A stretch of 64,000 nucleotides of DNA from Pachysolen tannophilus NRRL Y-2460 (lineage: Eukaryota): assembly GCA_001661245.1 (NCBI GenBank), contig KV454016.1:62001-126000 (forward strand), read 5' to 3'. Numbering within the stretch: position 1 is the stretch's first letter; every line of letters starts with the position of its first letter. Below, one piece after another: positions 1 to 10,278 of this stretch. The position numbers and the translations under genes were made by a program. A model generated the notes under the pieces. It was not told the DNA's origin. It searched no databases and was given only the letters and a program-made list of their open reading frames with translations.

Positions 1-651
1 TGAAACAAATAAATAAACCCAAGACAAAATTGTTGGAATATTAACGAAAAATTTTTCACTTAAAAGTTCTGGATAATAATCTTGGAAAATTGTAATTGTT
101 GCTTTAGAACCATTTTTAACATCAGGATCCATTTTTAAAAATGAAAGTTTTTTATAATCATGTAATTGAACCATACTAGAATTATCAGGATCTTTAAAAT
201 TTAAAATTTGAATTGATTTTTCCATTATACCTATTCTCCATCTAAGAAATTTATCCAAATCTCCAAAAATATCTTTAGGATTAGTAACATTTCCATAAAC
301 ATTAAAAGTAACAACTTTTTCATTACTTGAATTTTTTTCATACCAAGTTATATAACTAATAATATCAAATTTTTCATCATGATCTTCGGAAAACCCAGCA
401 CTCAATGGATTAAATTCTTTCCTCCATTTTAAAGTCTTCGAAAGCTGAGTCTTTGCCAATTCCAAATCAAACTTATTAGCTCTTAAAAATTTAATAACAA
501 GTGTCTTAGTAACTTCTTCATCATAAAAATCACCTTTTGGGTCAAGTTGATAACCATATAATTCATCATATTTCGCCTCTTCAACAAGCTCAGGTAATTT
601 CTCAATAAGACCATCAACCTGCAATTGCTCCTCTTTCGTAATCAAAGACAT
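1..651 (-). CDS. SFH5: Sec14/CRAL-TRIO phosphatidylinositol transfer protein (3' end runs off the window)
   Basis: Absent from the ORF track. Manual translation from ATG at 651: MSLITKEEQLQVDGLIEKLPELVEEAKYDELYGYQLDP...KFLRANKFD...KTLKWRKEFNP...FLRWRIGIMEK...FQDYYPELLSEKFFVNIP, typical Sfh5 motifs. Frame is open to base 1. Confidence 0.88.
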   Translation of the reverse strand, partial: MSLITKEEQLQVDGLIEKLPELVEEAKYDELYGYQLDPKGDFYDEEVTKTLVIKFLRANKFDLELAKTQLSKTLKWRKEFNPLSAGFSEDHDEKFDIISYITWYEKNSSNEKVVTFNVYGNVTNPKDIFGDLDKFLRWRIGIMEKSIQILNFKDPDNSSMVQLHDYKKLSFLKMDPDVKNGSKATITIFQDYYPELLSEKFFVNIPTILSWVYLFVS

Positions 652-864
652 CTCTTCAATCTCTATCTTTATATATATTACCTCTAAATATTCTAAATAA
701 TCAATTAAAAAAAAGGAAAAGAAAAGAAAAGAAAAGAAAGAACAAATCTATTGAACACTATTTACGTTTTATCGTTTACGTTTTTTTTATCTTTTCCATC
801 AAAAATTTAATATGAAAAAAAAACAGTAACAAAAACTTGTTTTCTTCTCGCACGACCAGTTTTT

Positions 865-1680
865 TCAATCAGTTTTCAACTTTCCAGTTGTCTTGAAACC
901 GTACCTGATCATCTGTAATGCAAGGAGTAGGTTCAAGGAGCCTCCTATAAGGTATCCTGCTAGGATCAATTGGTCACTGGCGTTGTTTACCAATGTGGTG
1001 AATATTCTGGAGAGCGATCCGATGTTATAGTTCAAGACACTGAAACCACTTAATTGACCTGTAGATTTCGATTTATAATTGCTGATAAGTTGAGGGATCT
1101 TGCTCAATATTGAAAGTGGGATTGTCAGGGTTAGTAAGTAGCTGAGTAGTTCGTTATTGACAACACCGCTCATTGTTGGTGGGCCAAATAATGTATATAA
1201 GATGAGTGCAGTAAAAGAAAATAATAATCCATAATAGTGTTTACCACCTCTTGTAAATGCCAATATCAAAATGATTATGAAAAAATTTTGAATTGAAAGA
1301 AATGCTGATTCTCCAAAAGTAGAAAAGGGATTTCCTTTTCTAAAATTATAAGAACATGTAACTAAATAGCTTAAAGTTTCCAAGATATAACTTAATAAAG
1401 ATAAACCATTAACATTTTTAGTTTTAGATATTTTCAAAATTTGAGGTAATTTCACAATTGAAGATGCAGATATAATAGCCACCCCTAATAATCTCGATAT
1501 AGCAATCTTAATCAATTCAGGAGATTCATTATCGAAAAAATCTAAATCCATAACTAATTTTTGAAAAGGTAATGGACCAATAATCTCTGAACCTAATCTA
1601 ACCACATTTGGAGGCAAATGATGAGTATACGGCCTCAAAAATAAAAGCAAAGGCTCTATATTTTGCTGAAAATTCTCCAT
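865..1680 (-). CDS. MPU1: PQ-loop protein, mannose-P-dolichol utilization defect 1 (MPDU1/Lec35) family
   Basis: Two PQ motifs (SIVKLPQILKI, LSKIPQLISNY), plus GNPFSTFGE and KSTGQLS motifs of the MPDU1 family. Confidence 0.8.
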   Translation of the reverse strand: MENFQQNIEPLLLFLRPYTHHLPPNVVRLGSEIIGPLPFQKLVMDLDFFDNESPELIKIAISRLLGVAIISASSIVKLPQILKISKTKNVNGLSLLSYILETLSYLVTCSYNFRKGNPFSTFGESAFLSIQNFFIIILILAFTRGGKHYYGLLFSFTALILYTLFGPPTMSGVVNNELLSYLLTLTIPLSILSKIPQLISNYKSKSTGQLSGFSVLNYNIGSLSRIFTTLVNNASDQLILAGYLIGGSLNLLLALQMIRYGFKTTGKLKTD

Positions 1681-1865
1681 CTTCCCTTAACGTTTACTTT
1701 TTTCTTTTCAAAATCTTTATTATTATTATTATTTATTAATATAATTAGAAAAATAATGCTATATACCTTCTTATAAACCTAGAATTATTGAACACCTCAG
1801 CTGAAAAATTATGGGAATATAAATAAATAACAGTAGTGCAAACGGAAATTAGAAAAAACTTGACC

Positions 1866-1984
1866 TCTTACACCACCAACATCGCATCTTACACCACACA
1901 CCACACCAGATCCTACACCACATATTACACCAGATCCTACACCAGACCCTGCACCAAGTCCTACACCAGACCCTGCACTCACCA
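1866..1984. repeat. Degenerate tandem array of TACACCA/TGCACCA units; six 12-bp units at 1909-1980; telomere/Rap1-like
   Basis: Units read directly: GATCCTACACCA, CATATTACACCA, GATCCTACACCA, GACCCTGCACCA, AGTCCTACACCA, GACCCTGCACTC, preceded by two TCTTACACCA. Confidence 0.9.
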
Positions 1985-2002
1985 TTATTTATGAAAAGTT
2001 AT

Positions 2003-2782
2003 TCATTCATCTTGTTCTTCCTTTTCTGGGTATGAGACCTTCAGGTCTATTTCTTCTTCTTCTTCCAAATATTTCTTCTCTTCTTCATCTTGATTCGAGT
2101 CTTTCCGTCCAAATACTTTAAACCTCAAAAGCCATATTCCTTGACTACAGAATATCCCTAGTTCCATACATAATACAAGTGCATACAAGACAACACTCAT
2201 AATATTTAACGATCCATTTTCAACACAAACAGATGCTAGACTGAATATTGCACCCATTGAATCAATAGCCAAGAAAATGAAATTAATCCCTATCACTCTT
2301 CCTTGTCTTTTAGCAAGTTCAAAATATGGAGGAATTAAACCTAATGCCAATAGTACCGATGCAATAATACCAAATACTAAAGTTGGCCAAGTAACACCTT
2401 TATCAACGTATAATTCTTTCAAAGGTATAATGAAACCAATTTCTAAACCTAGTGCCACAGCAATTACGAAAACTCCAAGAATTATAATTTTTTTACGTGG
2501 CATTGATGTGGGAGGATAATATAAAGATTGAATCCAAGTTATATAACAGAAAACTGTGAATAACTGAGGTTGAACTTGAAGGGCAATCTCTGCATTTATT
2601 GAACAAAGATAAATTGAAAATGGAACACCCGATATAGCCCATAAAAATAACATTATAGGAGGTAATCCTTCACAGTTCTTCCTTCTATAATTATATATAA
2701 TTTGTGGTATTAATTGAATGCACCATAATATAGTACCAATCGTACCTAGCACTGTCAGTGCAACAGAGTTTCCAGATCCCAT
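2003..2782 (-). CDS. PQ-loop membrane protein (YDR090C-like)
   Basis: GTIGTILWCIQLIPQIIYNYRRKNCEGL, QVQPQLF and GRVIGINFIFLAIDSMGA motifs; about 7 TM segments. Confidence 0.8.
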   Translation of the reverse strand: MGSGNSVALTVLGTIGTILWCIQLIPQIIYNYRRKNCEGLPPIMLFLWAISGVPFSIYLCSINAEIALQVQPQLFTVFCYITWIQSLYYPPTSMPRKKIIILGVFVIAVALGLEIGFIIPLKELYVDKGVTWPTLVFGIIASVLLALGLIPPYFELAKRQGRVIGINFIFLAIDSMGAIFSLASVCVENGSLNIMSVVLYALVLCMELGIFCSQGIWLLRFKVFGRKDSNQDEEEKKYLEEEEEIDLKVSYPEKEEQDE

Positions 2783-3277
2783 CTTTTTTTCTTTTTTTTT
2801 ATTTTAATTACTTTCTTTCACGTTCCAAGACACTAGCCTAGCTAGAATATATTTCTACGTTTACTTGAAGATATTTAAGCTCATTTATATACACTTCACA
2901 AGAAGAATTTTACTAACAACTCAACTGTGAAAAGTTTTTCCCCTTTGAAGCACACACGATGAGCAAGCGTATTCGACCTTCTCGATTAGGCAATTAGAAT
3001 CGGAGTGTGGAAATTATATAATAATACCAATACCAATAATAATAATAATAATAATAATACAATAATACTGTTAATATGAAAACCGTATGTTTTTATTATT
3101 AATAATCAAAGTTATAGGGATGAATATATAAATTTCCTAGTCCTAAATTTCAGAAACTCCACAAATTTCTCCTAAAAAAAAAAAAGAATGTCCATAAAAA
3201 CTCAACAATTGTAAAAGAAAAAAATCAAATAAATAAAGAAGAAAAAAGAAGTAAAAGAAAAAAAAAGAAATGGAATC

Positions 3278-5317
3278 TCACCTAGACGGCTGCATATTTG
3301 TGCCTATAGTACTATTTGCTCTTATGTGAATAGATTTAATTGGTGAAGTAGGAAGAACAATACTACCTACACTGCTGTTTCCTGAGTTTAAGCTACAAGA
3401 GCTTTCTCTTCTACTGGCCATAAATCTGTGTAGCCTTTCTCTTTGTTCTTTTTGCAATTGTAAGCTGCTGATAGAACGTCTTCTTAGATGAGGTGATTGT
3501 TCAGATTGTTCATAATCCGGTGTTTTTTTAATTGTATCACTACTTGAAGTCAATATTATTGCCAATATTAATGACAACGTTAATATTCCCAATACAACGT
3601 AAAAAGTTACTCTTGGTTCCACATCCACAGTTTTAGAATATAAATAGAGAAAAGATGCTGGCATCACTAAATTGATTAAACTTTTCAAAGTTGTTATTGC
3701 ACCAAATATGGCACCAGTTTTTTCTGTAGATGAATATTTAATAATTGCAAAATGAATTGTTGGTGATGCTAATGTAGAGAAACAATGTAAAAAACAAGAT
3801 GAAATAAATACTTTGGATGAACCGGCAAATGTTACTATTAAAGCACCCAATATATCTGTAGTGATGCAAAAAATTATGCAAGTAATATCTGCTTTATCAA
3901 CTTTTTTTGTTTCAATTTTGAACTTTTTTTTCAATTGATGTAAAAAATATGGAGAAAAAAATAAAAGTACAATTACTTTTGCTGCAGCATTTAATGTCAT
4001 ATAATATCCCATCTCAACTGAAGTCCAATCAAATTTAAATGTACCATATAATATGAGAATTTGACCAGCACATACAGTACCACTTGTTAAACAAGTATCA
4101 ATTAATAATAATAATATTACAGATATTCTTGGTTTATAACTTTTTGAACCATCTTGTTGAGTAATTGGAAGCCAAATATTTTTCAATGAAGTGAAAATAT
4201 TAATTTCTGTTATAAATTTATCATAATAATAACGTCTTTTTTTTTGAAATCTTTCTCTTCTATCTTCATCAACAGCCATTGAATTTCTTCTTGATTTCAG
4301 TCTAGCATTTGTTGATCTTGATTCTGGTAAAACGAAAAAAATGAAAAGAACATATGCAAATGTCATACAAACATCAATATAGATAACAAAAATGTTTGAT
4401 TTTGTAAATTTAACTAATAAAGAACCTAATATCGGTCCAATTGCCATTGCCATAAACATATTAGCAATTACAATACCCATAGAATATATCCTCATATGAT
4501 CTTCAACAACATCAGTAATATATGAATTACACATTCCAAAAAAAACTGCACCTCCACCTCCAATACTATCTATTAAACTTGCTAATATAATCAACCAAGG
4601 ATGAAATCGATCAACTGAAGGTGAAATTAAAGATGAAACTGCTAATTTGGATAAAAATGTTAAAAAAGCACCATATAAGATGATTATTTTCCTTCCATAA
4701 ATATCACTACTTTCACAAATTTTCCCACTAAGAAGAATTGCAACTAATGCTCCACTAATGTTTATCAGACCTTGTAATTGAGAAAGTTCAACTTGAACTT
4801 GTGATTTATTACATCTACGAATATCAATTTCCATAAATGTTTGAGTATCCCCATTATTTTCAAATAAAAGTTTTTTACAAAATAATTGTAATAATAATTC
4901 AAGCCTAGCAGACATACTAATACCACTACTAAATGAAGCAAAAAACATAACTGATGCAATCATAAATAATGAAGGTCTTCTATACCATTTTAATGTTTTA
5001 TGACCCAATCTTTCTTGTCTCAACCACCTTGTTTCCTCATCTTCATTTTCATGATCATTATCGGAAATAACAGACTCATAAGCATCAACCATTGCATGTT
5101 CTAATATATCTTCAGCAATTGGTTCTTTTCCAACTTGCTTATGTTTTTGTCTATGGCCACTTCTTGGATTAGAACCATTTCCATTTTTTATTTGAGAATT
5201 TTGTTCAATTGAAGAATATGTAGTTTCATTGTTCGATGAAACAGAAACTGGTGGTAATAAAGAAGAAGTCTCTGTAACTGAAACTTTCAAATCTTTATCA
5301 TCTTTAGAAAAAGACAT
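3278..5317 (-). CDS. MFS transporter (YJL163C-like)
   Basis: About 12 hydrophobic segments, MFS motif A-like SDIYGRK, WYRRPS before TM1, LPESRS after TM6. Confidence 0.75.
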   Translation of the reverse strand: MSFSKDDKDLKVSVTETSSLLPPVSVSSNNETTYSSIEQNSQIKNGNGSNPRSGHRQKHKQVGKEPIAEDILEHAMVDAYESVISDNDHENEDEETRWLRQERLGHKTLKWYRRPSLFMIASVMFFASFSSGISMSARLELLLQLFCKKLLFENNGDTQTFMEIDIRRCNKSQVQVELSQLQGLINISGALVAILLSGKICESSDIYGRKIIILYGAFLTFLSKLAVSSLISPSVDRFHPWLIILASLIDSIGGGGAVFFGMCNSYITDVVEDHMRIYSMGIVIANMFMAMAIGPILGSLLVKFTKSNIFVIYIDVCMTFAYVLFIFFVLPESRSTNARLKSRRNSMAVDEDRRERFQKKRRYYYDKFITEINIFTSLKNIWLPITQQDGSKSYKPRISVILLLLIDTCLTSGTVCAGQILILYGTFKFDWTSVEMGYYMTLNAAAKVIVLLFFSPYFLHQLKKKFKIETKKVDKADITCIIFCITTDILGALIVTFAGSSKVFISSCFLHCFSTLASPTIHFAIIKYSSTEKTGAIFGAITTLKSLINLVMPASFLYLYSKTVDVEPRVTFYVVLGILTLSLILAIILTSSSDTIKKTPDYEQSEQSPHLRRRSISSLQLQKEQRERLHRFMASRRESSCSLNSGNSSVGSIVLPTSPIKSIHIRANSTIGTNMQPSR

Positions 5318-6009
5318 TTTTTTACTTTTTTCTATCTTTTCTTTTTAATTGAATATATAAGGTAATGAAAGGTTTAAAAGACCCAACTTAAAACGTAAAT
5401 TTAAAATCACCTTCTTCTCAAAACCTATAATTCAAAAAAGATAAAATATAGGTCCATGAATATGAAATTCTGGAATCACTTCTTCTTATCTAAAACATTG
5501 AAATCTTCTTATCTTCACTAACTAACTTATAAATCATTAAATACATAACAAGAATATTAACTCCCTTTTATTCTAAAAAAAAAAAAAAAATAAGAAGAAG
5601 AGAAAACTAGATTCAAATTTTCAATAAAACTGCTAGCTTCTTCCTATCACTAAATAATTATAAATATTTATTAATCTATTTATTAAGAAGCTAATGCTTG
5701 TTTGCTTCTTAAAACTATTTCTGCAGACGGAAAATAGTGTGGAAAATAGCCTACATACATAGCCGGAAATTAGTCCTAATCGGGGGAAGATATTTCTTAG
5801 ACAATGTATTATTGTTAATTGTTTTTTTAAAAAAAAATTGTGGATCTGTTTTGAAATAACAAGAACAACTATTGATTAATTCTGTAAATAAGGAAATAAG
5901 GAAAGTGGAAAAGTAATAAAATGAAGATCATCAAAAAAAAAAAAAGGAAAAAAAAATAATAAAATAAAAAATAAAGTAAAAAAAAAAGAGGTTTAATTCA
6001 ATCAAGAAA

Positions 6010-7161
6010 TTAATATTCACCATTTTGTTTCATATTTTCTGCAATTAAATTCAATTCTCTTTCTCTTTCTGCTATTTCTTTTTCCTTTTCATAAATTTCT
6101 TTTTTAATTCTTTCTTCAAAAGTTTTCAATCTTTCTTCTTCTAATAATATTTCTCTTTCCTTTTCTGCATAATCATTATTTGAAATACTTGCAAGTGGAG
6201 AATCTTTAATACTTGTATTTTCACCTTGTCTAATAACTGGTGTTTCAATTCTAAAATCGTTATTACTCAATGCATTAGTTCTATAATCTTCATATAATAT
6301 TTCATAAGTTTTTTCTTTTAATTCATTTAAATGAGTAACTAATAAAGTATTTTTTAAAACTGAAAAATCAGAAATTTCATTATTTTCAATATCAACAATA
6401 CCCCAAGGATATTTTCTAATTCTTGATCTTTTACCTTCTCTATCTTCTATAACTTCATTAGAACCCATAACTGCAAATGGTAATATTTTTTGTAAATGAT
6501 TATTTAATTCAAAACTTTCTTCATCAATTTCATCTTCATAAGTATATTCATTAAATTTAAAAATTGGTATATTATAAAAATTAATATCTTCCATAATTAA
6601 TCTTTTATTTAATTTTAATTCATCTAATGTTAAACTATCAGCTTTTGAAATAACAGGAATAATATTAACTAATGATGCCAAATTTTTCATCAATTCAATA
6701 TCAATTTCTCTTAATCCATGACCTGTAGGAGTAATAAAATATAAACAACAATGAACTCTACCATCTTTAAATCTAGGATTTCTCTTTAATCTACTTTCTT
6801 CAATTAATACCTCATCATATTGATGTTTTATATAGTCAACTATTAAATTGAAATTAAATTCATTTTCAATAGAATCTCCAAAACCAGGAGTATCAATAAA
6901 ATTTATAGCAATTCTAATACCTTCATTATCTTCTAATTCAACACTTGATTTTCTTAATACTAAATCCCTCTTAGGATAATCAGAATCATCAGGTAAAGGA
7001 ATCGATGAAGAAGCTTCCACTATTTGTTGATCACAAAATGAATTAATAAATGTAGATCTTCCACAACCGCTCTGACCAACAACCATCACAGTATAATTAA
7101 TACTTTTTTTTAAAGTCTTTCTTTTCCTCAAAGCAGAAGAACTCCCAATTATTTGAACCAT
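6010..7161 (-). CDS. CDC11: Septin Cdc11
   Basis: SSALRKRK...VMVVGQSGCGRSTFIN (Cdc11-type P-loop), DTPGFGD, RVHCCLYFI, RKYPWG, C-terminal coiled coil. ATG at 7161. Confidence 0.92.
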   Translation of the reverse strand: MVQIIGSSSALRKRKTLKKSINYTVMVVGQSGCGRSTFINSFCDQQIVEASSSIPLPDDSDYPKRDLVLRKSSVELEDNEGIRIAINFIDTPGFGDSIENEFNFNLIVDYIKHQYDEVLIEESRLKRNPRFKDGRVHCCLYFITPTGHGLREIDIELMKNLASLVNIIPVISKADSLTLDELKLNKRLIMEDINFYNIPIFKFNEYTYEDEIDEESFELNNHLQKILPFAVMGSNEVIEDREGKRSRIRKYPWGIVDIENNEISDFSVLKNTLLVTHLNELKEKTYEILYEDYRTNALSNNDFRIETPVIRQGENTSIKDSPLASISNNDYAEKEREILLEEERLKTFEERIKKEIYEKEKEIAERERELNLIAENMKQNGEY

Positions 7162-7328
7162 TCTCGATTTCCTCAACTATTCAAATATCAAATCAATCAA
7201 TACAATGGATTAATGAACCCCACTATCACAAAGAAAAGAAAGAAAGAAAAGAAAAAAAAAAAAAATTATTTTGAGATCAACCGCCCAATAATTAAAAGGA
7301 ACTCTTTTCAACACTTTTTATCACTTAA

Positions 7329-7334
7329 ACGCGT
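7329..7334. promoter_or_regulatory. MCB element (ACGCGT) upstream of CDC11
   Basis: Exact ACGCGT about 170 bp upstream of the start, in otherwise CpG-poor DNA. Confidence 0.5.
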
Positions 7335-7692
7335 TGTCTTTTGTTGTCTTTTGTTGTCTTTTTCTTTTTTTTTTGTATTTTTATTTTCTTTTAACAAAAA
7401 AAATATTTTTCCATTTTCAGAAATTTATTACTTTATTTGGAACCGATTTCTGATTTAGGTAGTTTTACCTACTTTTTACTCCTCTTTTGGTGTTTCTATT
7501 ACCGCTTTAGGTAAGAGTATACATTAAATATCATAATCATATCAAATTCAAAGGTGAAATTGATGATTAAAAGTTTATAAGTCCATAGAGATAAAAGTTA
7601 CAAACATGTATATAGTTGCTAATTATTTCGTTTCTTATAAAGAAATAAGAAAAAAAAAAGGGGGCAAAATCTAATCATATAATATATACTAG

Positions 7693-8040
7693 TTAGTAAA
7701 AAAGTTCACTACATTTATTTGAGTATTTAACCAATGCAATAGCAGCTTTCTCATTGATTGAGTCACCAAAATCTATCCCATCTAGCACTCTTATAGCCAA
7801 TTCATCATTTGTAATTTTTCCAATAACTTCATAGTAGTTATTTGGAGTCTGAAGTTTAGGCACAAGACTACTAGAGATTAATAAATTGATTTGTCCCGAA
7901 GAACCATCTGAAGCCTTTGTTAATAACGAAGCACGATCATTCTGAATTGAACCCAATTTCCCAATCACTCTTACCACCTTGCCTTCAAATTGTTTTAATA
8001 AAGTGTGATCCACTCTGATATTCGATAATGAAGAATCCAT
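7693..8040 (-). CDS. RFA3: Replication protein A 14-kDa subunit
   Basis: 115-aa OB fold: RVDHTLLKQFEGKVVRVIGK, YYEVIGKI, IDFGDSI. ATG at 8040; ACGCG core at 8259 upstream. Confidence 0.85.
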   Translation of the reverse strand: MDSSLSNIRVDHTLLKQFEGKVVRVIGKLGSIQNDRASLLTKASDGSSGQINLLISSSLVPKLQTPNNYYEVIGKITNDELAIRVLDGIDFGDSINEKAAIALVKYSNKCSELFY

Positions 8041-8528
8041 AACCAATAATTAATAACAAAACCGTAAATAAAATTCTAGAAAATCCAACCAACAAAATTT
8101 AAAAAGAGAATAAAAACCCAACTCTTTTTTTTAGAACAATCCAATAAAAGAAAAAAGAAAAAAGAAAAAAAGAAAAGAAAATCAGTTGTAATGATCTAAT
8201 CTTTGTATTAATAGATTAAAGAGAATATCAAAAATAAAAATAAAAATATAAAAAAAAGACGCGCCGCTACTTTAAAAGCAAAAAAAAAAAAAAAAATTAA
8301 AAAACTTTTGTCGTGTGTTACAAATACAAATTTACTAATCGGGAAGGTTTTTTAAACTAGTAGTGTTCTGATATTACAAAAATCCAGTTTGGGAAGTCTT
8401 AATCTGTTTTCGGTTAAATGAGAGTAATTTAACTTCCGTTTTTGGATTACTACTTTTTTTGGAGCTTTTACTTCCTAATTTGGAAACCCATTTTTTTTTT
8501 TCCAAAGGTGAAAAATTTTGACCAAAAG

Positions 8529-8577
8529 TTAGTCAGTCAATCAGTCAGTTGAATTAGTCAAGATTGATTGATGAGTC
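8529..8577. promoter_or_regulatory. Gcn4-type sites upstream of TRP3
   Basis: TTAGTCA at 8529 and 8554 and TGAGTC at 8572, just upstream of an amino-acid biosynthesis gene. Confidence 0.55.
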
Positions 8578-8661
8578 GGCAAGGCAAATAAGCAAGTGAT
8601 TTTCCTGTTTTATTTTTCCTATTCCCTGATATTGTGATTTGTTTATTTTTTTTTTGTGAAT

Positions 8662-10140
8662 ATGAGTTTGTTACTTCCGATTAATAGGAAAGTTATCTTA
8701 ATTGATAATTACGATTCTTTTACTTGGAATTTATATCAATATTTATGTCAAGAAGGTGCTGAAGTTTTAGTATATCGTAATGACAAGATAAGTGTAGAAG
8801 AGATTTCCGAATTGAATCCGGATTTGATTGTTATATCACCTGGTCCTGGTCATCCAAGTAAAGATAGTGGTGTATCATGTCAAGTTATTGAAAATTTTAA
8901 AGGTAAAATACCAATTTTTGGTATATGTATGGGTGAACAATGTATTTACCTGAGTTTTGGTGGTGATGTTGATTATGCTGGAGAAATTGTACATGGTAAG
9001 ACCACGGCTATTCATCATGATGGTAAAGGTGTATTTAAAAATGTTCCACAAGGAATAGCTATTACTAGGTATCATTCATTAGCTGGAACAAAAGCTACAT
9101 TACCTGAAGATTTATTAGTTACTTCAAGAACTGATAATGGAATCATTATGGGTGTGAGACATAAGAAATATACAATTGAAGGTGTACAATTTCATCCAGA
9201 ATCAATCTTAACCGAACAAGGTCATTTAATGATTAGAAATATGTTAACTATAGAAGGTGGATATTGGAATGAAGAAAATTTAACAAAAATTTTACCACAA
9301 AAGAAAGAATCTATATTGGATAAAATTTATAATCAAAGGAAAAAAGATGTTGAATTACAATCCAAGGTCCCTGGTTTTACTTTACAAGATTTACAAACTT
9401 ATAATGATTTAAATGTTTCTCCTACTTTAATATCATTTTATGATAGATTATATAATACTATTAAAAAGGGGAAATCTGCTATTCTTTCAGAAATTAAAAG
9501 AGCTTCTCCTTCAAAAGGTGATATAGATATAAATGCTAACGCTGCAAAACTTGCTTTCACTTATGCTACAAATGAGGTCTCAGCAATAAGCGTATTAACA
9601 GAACCAACTTGGTTTAAAGGTTCTTTGGAAGATTTGAAAGCTGCAAGAAAAGTTATCTCAAATTTGACAGATAGACCTGCAATCTTAAGAAAAGAATTCA
9701 TATTTAGTGAATATCAAATCTTAGAATCAAGAGTAGCAGGTGCAGATACTGTTTTATTAATAGTTAAAATGTTATCTCAAGAATTATTGTTAAAATTATA
9801 TCAATATTCTAAATCTTTAGGAATGGAACCTTTAGTAGAAGTTAATTCTGCTGATGAATTACAAAGAGCATTAGATATTGGATCTAAAGTAATTGGAGTA
9901 AATAATAGGAACTTGCATGATTTTAATGTTGATTTAAAAACAACTTCAAACTTATCTTCACTTATTCCAGAACAAAAAGATGGGAAACCAATAATCTTAT
10001 GCGCCTTAAGTGGGATTACTAAAGTAGAAGATGTTTCCAATTATAAAAAAGAAGGTATTCAAGGATTTTTAATTGGTGAAGCCTTAATGAGAAAAGGAGA
10101 CGATGTTGGTCTGTTCATTGAAAAAATAATTAATGCTTAA
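8662..10140 (+). CDS. TRP3: Bifunctional anthranilate synthase component II / indole-3-glycerol-phosphate synthase
   Basis: [31 protein letters not shown] (GATase); [23 protein letters not shown] (IGPS). ATG at 8662. Confidence 0.97.
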   Translation: MSLLLPINRKVILIDNYDSFTWNLYQYLCQEGAEVLVYRNDKISVEEISELNPDLIVISPGPGHPSKDSGVSCQVIENFKGKIPIFGICMGEQCIYLSFGGDVDYAGEIVHGKTTAIHHDGKGVFKNVPQGIAITRYHSLAGTKATLPEDLLVTSRTDNGIIMGVRHKKYTIEGVQFHPESILTEQGHLMIRNMLTIEGGYWNEENLTKILPQKKESILDKIYNQRKKDVELQSKVPGFTLQDLQTYNDLNVSPTLISFYDRLYNTIKKGKSAILSEIKRASPSKGDIDINANAAKLAFTYATNEVSAISVLTEPTWFKGSLEDLKAARKVISNLTDRPAILRKEFIFSEYQILESRVAGADTVLLIVKMLSQELLLKLYQYSKSLGMEPLVEVNSADELQRALDIGSKVIGVNNRNLHDFNVDLKTTSNLSSLIPEQKDGKPIILCALSGITKVEDVSNYKKEGIQGFLIGEALMRKGDDVGLFIEKIINA

Positions 10141-10224
10141 AGATAAAAAGAAACGAAATTTTTGAAATTTACAACTAATATAAACATTTATATCTAAAAC
10201 TTTTCTAAATTAAAATAAATATTA

Positions 10225-10259
<35 letters not shown>

Positions 10260-10278
10260 CTTTTTAACAAAAAAATAT

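Noticed and set aside
1866..1984. CRISPR-like appearance of the ACACCA arrays
   Set aside because: Eukaryotic context, no unique spacers, short degenerate units, no cas genes.
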